Assembly (NCBI RefSeq): GCF_008831285.2
Contig: NC_045138.2
Coordinates: 18,352,001 to 18,416,000 of the forward strand
Length of the DNA stretch: 64,000 nt
Direction: 5' to 3'
From: Nymphaea colorata
Taxonomy: Eukaryota
The notes below the pieces were generated by a model. It searched no databases. It was given only the letters and a program-made list of their open reading frames with translations, and was not told the DNA's origin. Within the stretch, counting starts at the first letter, position 1. Each line of letters opens with the position of its first letter. A program made the position numbers and the translations under genes. Shown here piece by piece: positions 11,812-24,299 of the stretch.

Positions 11812-13444
11812 ACCACTATCCTGTAGTATATTTTGTACCAAACAAGCACAAAAGGAGACGTGGAACTAAACCGTTTTTTTTCTAGCTAGAGCAGCTTTAG
11901 AACTTGTTTGCTTTTGGCCAATGCTTAAAGAGTCTTGCCCATGAGAATCAAAGCTCTTTTCTGCTCTTGCGATGTATGAGAATTTGGTTTAACAATTTGT
12001 TTATGAACTTGAAATGTGAAGAGCCAATAATGCGCATAGAGAGTGCTCATTTTTCTTGTAAATGAGGACGAGTCATGCTTTATGTGAACTTTTTCTTCCT
12101 TTCCTCTTTTCCATAATATGAAAGTTAAACGCAAATGTAACATTAAGCATGAGAAGTCGACATTCAGATTATGTTGAATGTGAGAGATGTACACATCAAA
12201 CTACGATATACATCGCCACCGACTCATGGCAGACTCAGAATGCTAGAATTATGTACTAGATTTTTATTTCATTGTCTTCTTCAACCAAGTTGTCATGACT
12301 CTCAAGCCAACATTGCAATTGAAAATTCTTCTTTTTGTCCAAAAATATCAATAACTAATGTTTCGTTAGCTCCAAAATGTTGCCACAATAAAGAAAGTTG
12401 ACTTTTACTATATATTTTAACAATAAACTAAGCAAAGAAACACTACTTATTGAATCACCAATTAGCAAGAAACTGGCAATGATAAAGTAATAAATACCCA
12501 CTGAGAAATAACGACTTTAAAAGAAGTGAAATAAACAAATTGATGGAAGTGCAGTCATGTTAAGATTGATCCTTTCATCCAAACGTGATCATGTCAACAG
12601 ACTTCACAAACGAGTTCAAGCAACCCTACTCTTTCCAAATTCGAAGCATGAGATATGTTAGTTTCGCCTTCAATACGCGAGAGTTTCAGTACAAGCTGAA
12701 AGGAAAGAGGGAAGGTGGCATCAAGAAAATAAATATAAATTACTTACGAGAGGCAAAAAATGAGGGCAGCGCCAGTGGCTTGGCAACAAGTAAAAAAACA
12801 AGAACTGATGAGATCAAATTGTGAGAAGAAAGTAGTTAAAAGAAGAAACACAATCAAGCGATCCAGGGAGAGAGTTATAAACCAACGAACAGGAGGAAGG
12901 GAGAGGAAGAGGGAGGAGACCAAAGCTGTCAGGAACGAGACCCTTTCTCTCTCTCAGACATTCATGATATCAAGTGAAGATGAACAAGTAGATGAAGAAG
13001 AAAAGAAAACAGGGTCTTTTTCGAAATTTTTTAAATAATTATTCTTGTATATTATTAATATGCATGTATGCGTGAAGATTAGTTATTGTATTGAACATTA
13101 GGAAGAAAGTTTGTGATGGAAATGAAAATGTTGTTTATTTTATGCTGTTTGATTGTATTTTATATTTGGAGAAATTTAAAAATTATACTATTTTGTAACT
13201 TTATGATGAAATATAATTACCCCTTTGTTGAACACACAAACATATAAAAATTTAATAAAATTTGAATGGTGCACATCAAAAACGTATTCCCCATTATATC
13301 CACTTCAATTTTCTTTAACGAAGTACTGAGAGTTGTAGTGGCACCAAATCATTTTATAACGAAGTACTGAGTCTTACCATTTCCTTTGCAAAAAAAAAAA
13401 TTTGCAGTCCATTATTGTGGATGGCATTTCCCCTTTGTTATATA

Positions 13445-13451
<7 letters not shown>

Positions 13452-13490
<39 letters not shown>
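13452..13490. repeat. (GA)n microsatellite
   Basis: Direct reading; the paralogue at ~32654 is shorter. Confidence 0.9.
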
Positions 13491-13493
<3 letters not shown>

Positions 13494-14214
13494 GTAGATC
13501 AGATTGACACTTGACAGATAAAAACTAGACTCCTCAAAATTGATTGTTTAAACTTTTTTTTTCTGTAATCCAACCATGCATATGTGATCTAAAGAATATT
13601 TTGACGAAAAAAATATACATTAAGTTGATCCTTTTTTTGAATCAAATAATGTTTCTATAGAAAAATTAACGGCTCTTATAGCGTCAAATTTTCACTACTA
13701 GAAAAATCTTTAGTTTTTATATAAACTACAGAAACTAAGACTCCTTTTATGCTGAATTAGTGATTCTAGATCGTTCATATTTTGTTTAAAGTATACTTTA
13801 ACAATGATTTAAGAAGTCTAGTTTTATTCCTAACCGAATGTGGTTTCAGATATATCTCAATAACGTGGATTCTTCCGGCCATTCGGAGGAATCTGGTTTC
13901 CCACCCTCGGCCGCATTGATGAGAGGCCGCATGGAGGGATGGCAAAATACATGAAATATAAAAATAACAAAATATTAAAAGCTGATATATAAATTGAATT
14001 GCACGAGGCAAAAGATCCAAGCACAATAATAAAACCTTTAAAATTTAATTTGCGCGTTTGATTTTATGGTTTACTTTTGTCTTGTAAATTCTGACATTAT
14101 GCATTGCTCTCCAGAGTAATGAGCGTTCAACTCCTCTGAGAAAGAGAGAGAGAGAGAGAGAACGTAGAGGAAAATCGAGAGGCATGATTGACCGATGCAC
14201 CCTCTCTCTCTCCC

Positions 14215-14253
<39 letters not shown>

Positions 14254-14753
14254 TAAGAACTGAAATCAGTCAACTATCTGTATAGGTGGATGGTTTTTTG
14301 TTTTTTTTGTTCCTAAAATCATGCAAGACATTTGCGATGGCTAGTTGTTTGGCCGTAATTTTGAGTAAGATAATATACCATTTACAATGGTAGTTGTTAC
14401 CGATACAAAATAAAAAATAACCATCCAATCATAAAATTATCCAGTATATGACTGATAAAAAGGTTCACAAAATGAAAGATGAAAAAGTATGTAATCATTC
14501 GAATTGTAGTAGCTTAATCGGTTTCACTCTCAAGAGTTAGGTTAAAAATGTATGAGTAGCTTGTGTTCATCTCTTATTTCTGAAAGGACGTTTATCAACG
14601 TGGAAGATTATAGAAAGTAAGCTGCTGTCTCTCTCTCTCCTTCTCTCTCTCTCCCCACACACACAGGTACACACATACACAGAGGCAACAAATAACATGT
14701 CTTTAAATATAAAAAATAACAGTTCTAAAAGAAACTATTTATAACACATTAAA

Positions 14754-15373
14754 CAGGTTCTTTTCACGGCAAAAGGTCACAGGGATTAAAACTGCACGGG
14801 CCAAAATCAAAGAACAAGATAAATGAAGTCGATCAGTTTCTCCCAAATCGAAAACCAGCATGTGATTCAGGAAGAATCTGTTTCTTGGCGCCGTCATTAT
14901 TCGACAGTCAGAAATTTTCATGGTTCTCAGCAAACGAGTGAGAAACTGAAAATCCCCTCCGATCGCAAACTTTAATGAGCAACCAAAGCAAAGCCAGAGC
15001 AAACGCCAAAACCGTAAAAAAAATATGGGAAAACGAGAACAATAGCAAATTCTTTCAAAGGGGACAAAGAGGGTAACAAGATGCGCTCACTGAAGAAGCG
15101 TCTAACGAGCATCACACTGTGGATTTCCAACCAGGGGGTCATTTCTGGGGCTGTAAAGTCCGTAACCGAATGGACAGCCAAGACGATGGAGCAAACCAAG
15201 AGATTGACGAGGAGCGGAACGGAGTAGACCGCTTTGAAGAATGCCCATAGAAGCGAGGGGTCGCCCTGAACGGAGAGGACGGAAGAGACCGCCCGAAAGA
15301 ATACCCATCGAAACAAGCGGCCGTTCGGGCGTAGTGATTGTGTTACCCCGGCCTCGATGTCGGTGGCTTGCAT
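14754..15373 (-). pseudogene. Inverted partial copy of the LIFEGUARD/BI-1-like gene (exon 1, intron 1, start of exon 2)
   Basis: MQATDIEAG...DPSLLWAFFKAVYSV...LAVHSVTDF resembles the LFG N-terminal DIEAG...PELRWAFIRKVYSIL motif; truncated after VLIPVTFCREKNL. Confidence 0.75.
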
Positions 15374-16617
15374 GTTGGGAGTCGTGTCAATCACCCTGTT
15401 GGTGCAACTGAGAGCCTGACAGAGGAGCCCGCCGCGAGAGGGAGAGAGAGCAGTGGAACTCCACTCTTTCTTATGTTGTGTGCATGGTCAAGCATTAGCT
15501 AAACGACGTTATCAAGCGAGGGGTCATTCGGACGGAGGATACCGCCCGAAAGAATGCCCGTAGAAACAAGCAGCCGTTCGGGCGTAGTGATTGTGTTACC
15601 CCGGCCTCGATGTCGGAGGCTTGCATGTTGGGAGTCGTGTCAATCACCTTGTTGGTGCAACTAAGAGCGACAGAGGAGCCCGCCGCGAGAGGGAGAGAGC
15701 GATGGAACTCCATTCTTTTTTATGTTGTGTGCATAGTCAAGCTTTAGCTAAACGACGTTCTCATGCTACTTTGATGTTCCACTAATGACGTTAAACACGA
15801 AGCTAGCATGAGAACGTCGTTTAGCTACAGCTTGACCATGCACACAACAAGCTTGACCATGCACACAACATAAGAAAGAGTGGAGTTCCACTGCTCTCTC
15901 TCCCTCTCGCTGCGGGCTCCTCTGTTAGGCTCTCAGTTGCACCAACAGGGTGATTGACATGACTCCCAACATGCAAGCTACCGACATCGAGGCCGGGGTA
16001 ACACAATCACTACGCCCGAACGGCCGCTTGTTTCTACGGGGATTCTTTCGGGCGGTCTCCTCTGTCCGGATGACCCCTTGCTTCTACGGGTATTCTTTCG
16101 GGCGGTCTCTTCCGTCCTCTCCGTTCAGGATGACCCCTCGCTTCTATGGGCATTCTTCGAAGCGGTCTACTCCGTTCAGCTCCTCATCAGTCTCTTGGTT
16201 TGCTCCATCGTCTTGGCTGTCCATTCGGTTACAGACTTTACAGCCTAGTAATGACCCCCGGGTTGAAATCCACAGTTAGACGCTTCTTCAGTGAGCGCAT
16301 CTCGTTACCCTCTTTGTCCCCTTTGAAAGAATTTGCTATTGTTCTTGTTTTCCCAAATTTTTTTTACGGTTTTGGCATTTGCTCTGGCTTTGCTTTGGTT
16401 GCTCATTAAAATTTGCGATCGGAGGGGATTTTCAGTTTCTCAGTGTTTCTTGTTTGCCGAGAACCATGAAAGTTTCTGACTGTTGAATAATGACGGGGCC
16501 AAGAAACAGATTTTTCCTGAATCACATGCTGGTTTCAATCGACTTCATTTATCTTGTTCTTTGATTTTGGCCCGTGCAGTTTTAATCCCTCTGAACTTTT
16601 GCCGCGAAAAGAACCTG
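14754..16617. repeat. Large inverted repeat: left arms 14754-15509 and ~15514-15768, right arm 15804-16617, loop 15769-15803
   Basis: CAGGTTCTTTTCACGGC at 14754 pairs with GCCGCGAAAAGAACCTG ending at 16617. The inner AGCTAAACGACGTTCTCATGCTA pairs perfectly with TAGCATGAGAACGTCGTTTAGCT. Near-identical ORF translations occur on both strands. Confidence 0.95.
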
Positions 16618-18522
16618 CTCAGTTTTCTTCTTCTCAGTTTCTTTAGGATCTCCATAAGCTTCCTTGTGGGCTTGAAACGTGCCTTCACAAGAGGTAACCT
16701 GAATCCTCTTTCTCTCCATGAATTTGTAAACCTCCAGTTTGCGTTTCTCGTTGATTTGCCGATGCTGTTTGTTGACTGAGTGGGGATGTTCATTCATGTT
16801 TCCTAACATTCATATGTTTGGATTTTAGTTCAGATTTGAATGAAAAGTTATATCTAATTCGATCTAAAATCTGATTCTACAATTTTTGAGCCTTGAATCT
16901 GACTTTTACTTTCACATCCAAATCGAGTTCTCAACCGGATCCAGCCATTTCTCACATTGTAAAGTTATTGGATATAGGATATTTATTTAAAAATAATTTG
17001 ACTTGAATCTTAATAAAATCGGATACTTTTATATATGTAAAATATAAATCCTATTGGATGTCATCCTTAAAACCAAATCCAATTAAACAGATATTAATTT
17101 TTTCTTTTTTCATGTCTTATTTTTTAAGTAAAGTTTAGTTTCATCCAAATCAAATATATTGACATCCCTATGGATGTCGACCTGTTATTAACCTTGTTGT
17201 TTTTTTTCGTGTAGGAGACAAAAGGCCAAGAATATTGGAATTAAAAGGCCAAGAATATTGTAATTCCAATTTTTTATGTTTTTCCAAAATAAAAAAGAAT
17301 ATGAAAATTCCTCAAAGTGAATACACATATGGAGAGCTTGAATATGAGTACTTCCAACTTGAGTGAGCACCTGCTCAGCTCGGTAATTCAGTTAGAACCT
17401 CAGCCTCGAGCCAAGTACATAAAAAATATTTTTCTGGTGACTTCACATGCCACGTCATGTAACCTGATATATATATATATAACCACTTAAGTTACCGATA
17501 AAGTTGTATGACCTTAAGAGCGAATTGGTAGAAAATATATATTATGTTGATTATTTTATGAGTGTAAATGTGATTTCAATAATAAAAGTAACAGCTCTTG
17601 CAATGTCAAAATTTTAGTAATAGAAAAATCAATATATTTCGTAAGAACAATTATGGCATTCAAATGCTCATGTTTTGGTTTAAAAAACATATAACAACAT
17701 TTTAAGATGTTTGGCTTTTTAACCTTAGCTAACTGGCATTGGAGGTCCCAATCCAGGATCTTTGGATTTGTGGGTACACAGCACTGCATCGATCCATAAG
17801 GCCATGATTAAACAAAGGTCTAGATGGCTGGACTATTTTACCTCCCTTGCATATTTTTGCAGGACTAGTACCCTATCTTCACAAAACTGTGACCTACGGT
17901 CCAACTATAAGTCCTTCTTTCTTAATGAACCATATATTGTTTCATGCATTCAACCAATAATGTAGCATCTACCCTCATAGCTTCAAAGATTATCAATGTT
18001 AATTGTGTTAAATTTTGTAACTTCTTGTGAAAATTTCATTGAATCCTTTTTGTTGGTTGGAGCAGGCAGCGACATCCTGGAAGCCAAGAGTGTAACGGTG
18101 TTGCTGGCTGTGAGCTTGACTCTCTATGTATTTTGGGCTGTACGGCAAGACCATGATACCTACTTTGTGGGGTCTTTCCTCTGTGGTTTTTTGATGGCTT
18201 TTATTTGTTTTGACATCTTTGGGGTATGCCTGCAATTAGAAATTTCCTTCTATTTTCTTTCCAATTATTTTGTCAAAAGCATTGAAGTTCGGTTATGTTT
18301 TGGCTTTATCTGATCTTTTTTCCCTTCCACAAAGTCACCGCGATAATCTTCGGCATTCTCAGGACAGTCGTCTTCAGTGGATACATCATCTACGATACAA
18401 GCAACCTCCTGAAGAAGCACGGCCATGACGATAACGGTTGGGCTTCTGCCAGTGTCCCCTATATGGACATCATCAACATATTCCTTCACCTGCCCAAGTT
18501 GCTTGGGTCCGGTGGGAAATAA
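15971..18522 (+). pseudogene. LIFEGUARD / BI1-like (Bax inhibitor-1 family) pseudogene
   Basis: Exon 1 from ATG 15971 to ~16330 has a frameshift and a TAG. Exon 2 is 16580-16693 (VLIPLNFCREKNLLSFLLLSFFRISISFLVGLKRAFTRG, cf. VLCPLYYYHQKHPVNYLLL...VGLTCAFTSG). Exon 3 is 18066-18223 (ILEAK...SLTLYVFWAVRQDHD..FVGSFL). Exon 4 is 18313-18522 (FSGYIIYDTSNLLKK...YMDIINIFL) and its acceptor reads TG rather than AG. Confidence 0.85.
16815..17170. mobile_element. hAT-like MITE (ATCC/GGAT-rich family) in intron 2 of the LFG pseudogene
   Basis: Right TIR TTGACATCCCTA with repeated AATCCA/GGAT motifs; left end unclear. Confidence 0.5.
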
Positions 18523-19975
18523 GTTCGTAAATGCTTTTAAATTAGAAACTTTTTATTAAAGAAAATTAGTTATAAAGATTTAAATTTAAAATGTCAATAT
18601 AAAAACAAGTATTTTATGTAGCCCACTCACAGCTACATATTTATCCAGCTTGACAAAGTTTCCCCTTTGTCAATGCAGCTCTAATATACACGGCAATGTC
18701 TTTCCTTTTCTTTTCCTTTTCGTAGAAGGCTTTGAGCCATCGCCTAGCCTGGTTAGGTGTATGGATCTCGCCTAGGCAAGATTCTTTTTTTCCAATTGAT
18801 TCTAAGTACTGTGCATATTCCCCTTTTATAAGCCACACCCGATGTTGTCCGTCGTTGGGAACAAACCATAAATGTCGTAAACAATCTAGGGCTAGCTTCA
18901 AGCTCAGCCAAATTGCAACACCGGTTACTACATGAAAGAATCCATTCTTGATTAAACTGGAGGGTGAGGGTGCCTCACCATAGACAAGAGTACAATTATA
19001 AGTTTGTACATCAAAGAAGCACAAAGTTTTTCACAAAGATTTGTAACATGTGATAATGGTGTTTGTGTTACAAAAAATATATAAAGTACACCTTTACCCA
19101 TCCAACAGTCCATAGCAAGGGAGGCCCACGAACTGGGAAACACTGTACAATGCTTTATTAGGAAGTTAATTGCATGTTGTAACAGGCACAGATATAAAAA
19201 AGCACATCGCTAGGCATATCTGTCAGAACTTACCTTCAGGGGATGCTCGTGTTCTATTTCAAGACAAATAGTTTAGGTCTCCTAGACTCTTGCAAAGAAA
19301 GAATGAAAAAAGAGTAAAGTGAAGTAAGTACAGAAATTACCCTAAGAGGTAGTAGCGTACTGGGCGCAAGGTGGTCCGACTCCTTTAAGAACTCAGGTTT
19401 GAGTCTTGGAGTGGTCACTGTTGGAGTGGTCACTGTCACGTCCCAGTGTGCTCTACCTCTGACCCGTAAAAGGGTATGAAGCATGCTCTGTAAAAACTCT
19501 GTGGGCGGGCACAGAAGGGGGGCCAATGGCCTCTCTTATGGGCAGTGGAATGAATCACTCACCCTTATAAAAAAGAAGTAAGTACGAAAATGTCTGTCGT
19601 TGGTGGGAGAGCAAGTATGTATATTTCATTTATATAATTTTACATGATTAGGGCAATGTTTAAAAAATATTATTAAGGGACCCGCCAGAAGATGTTGCGA
19701 AAACGAATATGATAAAGTGAGTGTGTTCTCTCTCTCTCTCTTTCTCTCTTTTCAACAGAGAGACTAAAGAAGCATACATAAGAGGTGAGAAATTCATGCA
19801 AGAAGCTTCGAAGGAAATGAGAGTGGTATGCAAAGAGAGAATAGAGTAGATCTATGAATGAATGCTCAAAGAAGCTTGGGATTCTCTCTCATCCTCAAGA
19901 ATAGTGGTGGTGCCAGGGGTGGATTTTTCAATTTATATATGTATCACCAAATTGTTGAATTTCAATTGTCAATAC

Positions 19976-20152
19976 GATTTCTTTCCTAAATGAAAAATTA
20001 ATAAATTATTTTTAATCCTATATTTTTATTTCCAAGTTTTAATAAGATTTCTTTCCTAAATGAAAAGATTCATAAATTATGTTATATTATTACCTTTTCA
20101 TTTTAAATTTTAATAAGATTTCTTTCTTAAATGAAAATATTCATAAATTATC
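19976..20152. repeat. ~70-bp tandem repeat, about 3 copies
   Basis: GATTTCTTT(C)CTAAATGAAAA...ATAAATTAT at ~19976, ~20046 and ~20116. Confidence 0.75.
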
Positions 20153-20256
20153 TTTTAGTTTTACCTTTTATTTACTTTTCTAAAGGGCTTGATTTAGTTG
20201 TTTAAGCTTTTGGTGAATGAAGTCCGCTAGTATTACCTATTCCGGTGGTGTATGAT

Positions 20257-20945
20257 TAGGGATGTCAACTTATCAGACTCAGCTAAAATATACTCTTTTT
20301 GCATATATTCACAAACTCGCATTCTAATATGAACCAAGAAGTCACATTTGAATTCGAATTCAAAATCCAATTTCATAATCTGAATTTGAATTTTACAATT
20401 TATATCCAAATCCGAATTTTGAAATGAATTTGACCAACTTTCAAAATGTAAAAATATTGGATATGGGATATATGTTTTAAAAAAAAAAATCGATCTGAGT
20501 GTTTATCTAATAGGATATTTATTTACATCTGAATCTAATCAAAATTCAATCAGATGTCATTTCTTAAATGGAAATATGATCTCTTTTTTTATCGGATATC
20601 AAATTTCTTTCATATCCAATTTTTTCGAGATGGTTATGTCGGACTCCTGATTCAAATCAAATGCATTGACATCCAGGGGTGGGCCCGAAAGTCGGGCCCA
20701 GTCCAGCCCAACCCGATTATAATAAACTAATATTTTTAAATTATAAAATAAAATTTTATATATAAAATATGTAGTTTAATAATGAAATATATATTATTAA
20801 AAATATTTTTTTAATCCTTAATAAGCCTGATCGGGCTGGGCCCAAGCCGAGCCGAGCCAGTCCATCAGGCCCGAGCTCGTTTCGGGCCAGGTCCCGGGCC
20901 TCCGCCGGCGGCCCGGCTTGAGGCCCAGCCATATTGACATCACTA
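20257..20945. mobile_element. hAT-like MITE (TAGGGATGTCAA TIR) whose right TIR is interrupted by a second MITE
   Basis: Left TIR TAGGGATGTCAA; right TIR TTGACATC[insert]ACTA; TSD degenerate. Confidence 0.65.
20674..20933. mobile_element. GC-ended hAT MITE, 260 bp, with perfect 8-bp TSD
   Basis: TSD TTGACATC at 20666-20673 and 20934-20941; imperfect TIRs CAGGGGTGGGCC / GGCCCAGCCATA; GGCCC subterminal repeats. Confidence 0.85.
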
Positions 20946-21636
20946 CATGTGAGGTACCTAATTGACAATGTTGTTGCTACATCAAACACGGATGCAACTC
21001 TGTGCCTTATTGGCGAGGGAAAGGAAGGGACTTTAGTTCTCATGCTATTAGATTTGCAAATAGTAGCACATGTTGTGCTGGGGAGTTGGATGGCTTAGCT
21101 AGGTGAGATAAAAGTGAATCTCATTAAAGTTTAATTATGCACACACAAAAGAAGGTGGACTCCAAATTTGCTTGGAAAGTTTTATGGTGAGAAAATGATA
21201 TATATATATATATATATATACTTTACTTATTATAAAAATAACTATTAAAAACACAAAAATGATCAACTTAATATATATTTTGCATCAACTTATACTAAAG
21301 GTTATATTGTTATGGTTAAATTTCAAAAAAATCACGTTAAATATCATATTTAATGGGCTTGGTTTTTTTTCCTGATATATTTAGAGAAACTGGTAGAATC
21401 TAGACACTTAGGTCAGACTCTTTCCGCCGCTACCCTCCGGAATGGGCTTACGGGTATTGGGACACATGCAGTTAAGACGTATGTTGACTTTGGCAGGCAC
21501 TTCTAAACGCCGCTAATGGATTGTTGGGGTTAAAGGCAACAATTGCTGCTGCAGCAGAAGCTACCTGTTGCTGTTGCTAATGCCAGCAGCACCAATGATC
21601 TGAATGCAGTTATACAGCCATTATCATTCGCACACA

Positions 21637-21640
<4 letters not shown>

Positions 21641-21730
<90 letters not shown>
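21641..21730. repeat. (AT)n microsatellite
   Basis: Direct reading; similar tracts at ~23059-23117, ~24036-24107 and 56658-56837 (AT/AC). Confidence 0.95.
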
Positions 21731-21733
<3 letters not shown>

Positions 21734-21954
21734 GAACAAAAATCAGCTGTTTTATTTGGTTACAGAACATTCATAGCTGGTGAAGAGTTGCTTAACCACA
21801 TGCACTAAACTCCAATTAAATTATAAAATAACACTAATATATGATCCATTATCAGAACACACCAACCTGTAGAGAGAACCAAATCTAAGACCAAGAGAAA
21901 TAAAGGAATAAAATGATAAAGAAAGCACATGCATGGAGGAGAAGTCCGTTGCTA

Positions 21955-22215
21955 TCTTCATATCAAAAAACTGCTTCAACAGTTCGGTCTCGTACAAAGC
22001 AATATGTAAATCATTTTAACGAATCATGGGCAGCAATGAACCTGATGGTTGACAATATTGGCACTCATTGACTATAATGTTCTTCATGATCTGAAAAGAG
22101 TTTAGCTTTCATTGCTGCAGCAGATAGTGCAGCTCTGACAGCAGCTTTCACAATTTCTTGTAATAACCATTCCATGGTTTCATTGGTCTCCGCTTTCATC
22201 TCTTCTGTACCCATA
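21955..22215 (-). pseudogene. SWI/SNF subunit SWI3 (SWI3C-like) gene fragment
   Basis: IVKAAVRAALSAAAMKAKLFSDHEE, then after a frameshift MSANIVNHQ followed by GT, then ELLKQF. This matches the SWI3C C-terminal coiled coil AAAATKAKLFADHEEREIQRLSANIINHQ-LKRLELKLKQF. Confidence 0.75.
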
Positions 22216-23057
22216 GAGTAAGATTGAGTACAAGTAGCAGAATCAATTGAAGAAATATTAACGTTTACCAACCTTTACGATATTCTATGCTTCCCCGAAT
22301 GCCATCTTGATGTATATCTTCCGAAATTCCCCTCAGAAAAAAAAATGGAAGTTTCTATTTTTTAAACTTTTAGATGGTAGCCAAGTATAATACAAAGAAG
22401 CTGAAGAGTATAGCGATCAAAGAAATATCAAAAGCAAACATAGCAGATTAAACTAAAGCTACGATTAAACATTGAAGTTTCTTATAAAAGAACTGCAACC
22501 CATGTATCACCTTGAGAAGCACTCTCCAATTGTAACAAATTAGTGGCCAATATGGAATTGCCCTCTGCTTTTGATAATCATATTGCTTGAAGTAATCAGA
22601 ATTTTTTACCAGGACACACATTTCAGGAACAGGAAGCTTTTCACTCTTTCCAAATAGGATGAAACTCGGGGACAATCAGCTTCTTCGTACGAGATCCATA
22701 GGAAGCTCTTCATAACTGAATTTTGTTTTTTGCTTCATATTTCATTTTTTAACTTGCTCTGTTGTCTTGGCAATGCACGTTTTCGTTGGTGAAGAAAATC
22801 AGAAAATGGGAAAAGCCAAACATAATGGTTACATACTCTTGGAGACAAAAACCTCTCAAACACAAACTCCGGATTCTTGCAAAACGTGTCGTTTAAATCA
22901 CGACCAAGAAGTTTCACAAATAAAAACAGAACGACGACACGATGCAAACTCAGAGATATCCCCAAACCAAAAAATTTGTGACATGAATCAATAAGAAGAA
23001 AAAGAAGTTGATGCGGACGAGGGGGAGAGAAGAGTAAAGGACGGGGATTACCAGAGA

Positions 23058-23120
<63 letters not shown>

Positions 23121-23541
23121 CTTGGTATAAAAATAAGTCCCCGTTCTTATTGTAAGAAAACCTGCTTATTGTTAAAGGAAAGATCACAAGCATGAAGCCC
23201 TCTGTTGTAAAATTAGATGAATGTTTATCAGTGGTGAATGAATCAGGGGAGGGTTGTGGGATTTCTCTGCATTCCTGAGCCTCATTCTCTGAGGCGTCTT
23301 CCCCCCTCCCCAATTCAATATTAAATCCATATTTTTTAACCTGTAGCTGTAGCATGGGTCTGAAATCTATGTTACTGAGATCTTCAGTTTGTTTAAATTG
23401 AGAATTTAAGATCCAAAGCCATCAAACTCAACCTAATATAGGGATGAATATGCCAAATTTGTTGCGGTTGTTCATGTGGCTATGTACGAAGTTGTACCTT
23501 GTTAACATTCATAAACAATGTGGTTCTACACTGTCGAAGAG

Positions 23542-23880
23542 TAGGGATGCCAGTGGAATGAAATCAGATAGGATATCTGATCTAACTGTTTGACAAAGTT
23601 AGGCACGAAAGAAAAATTCATGTCTGGCTAAGAATGGAATCAGAATTAAATTTAAGAAATGACATCAGAGTTAGTAGATTTTACATTCAGATTCAGTTTC
23701 AAATCATTAGAATGTTCTATATCTAATATTCATATATTTTGAAAGTAACTTATTAGGATAATATGAGGGTTTAAATTTGGTCATGTATTTAAAACTCGGA
23801 TTTGGATTCAGATGTTAAAAAATGAAATTATGATTCTGATCGGATTTAGATAGTAAACTTAAACATCACATTCGGGCTTC
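23542..23880. mobile_element. Degenerate hAT-like MITE (ATCC/GGAT-rich family)
   Basis: Starts TAGGGATGCCAGTGGA; GGATT/TCAGAT repeats; similar to 58165-58587; right end unclear. Confidence 0.5.
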
Positions 23881-24032
23881 AACATGTTGGGTTCGCCGTC
23901 TTTATTTTGGCGGTTAAGAAATACTCATGTTTGTGTTAGAAAATTCAGACTGTGGAAATTCAGTTTTGCTGGACCCTATATACCCCTTTTCCAACCTCTG
24001 TCCCAAAGTTACGGGTTTACAAGGTAAGGGCT

Positions 24033-24110
<78 letters not shown>

Positions 24111-24299
24111 AGTATGAAGGCACAAAGTCTACAAAAAATCAAAGGAAAATAAAAAGTATGAAGACAGGAACAAAAGACAACAAAAGAGTGAGAACAAGAC
24201 ACAAAGTGAAATGCTAGTATGAGGGCGTATTGCCAAATGCACATCAGCCTTCACCATATAATTAACAGAGTCCATTGATGCAGATATATCTCTAAACAC

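Larger units (their letters stand above)
9817..14753 (+). repeat. Local segmental duplication, copy A (right part); paralogous to 29029-33883
   Basis: Colinear, highly similar sequence throughout, including U1, a MITE and GA/ATT microsatellites. Similarity ends just after AGTTCTAAAAGAAACTATTTAT. Confidence 0.93.

Noticed and set aside
21530..24244. ORFs with IYIYIY runs, including 22735-23355
   Set aside because: Translations of (AT)n microsatellites; a faint F-box-like ELPMDLVRR near 22700 was too weak to call.
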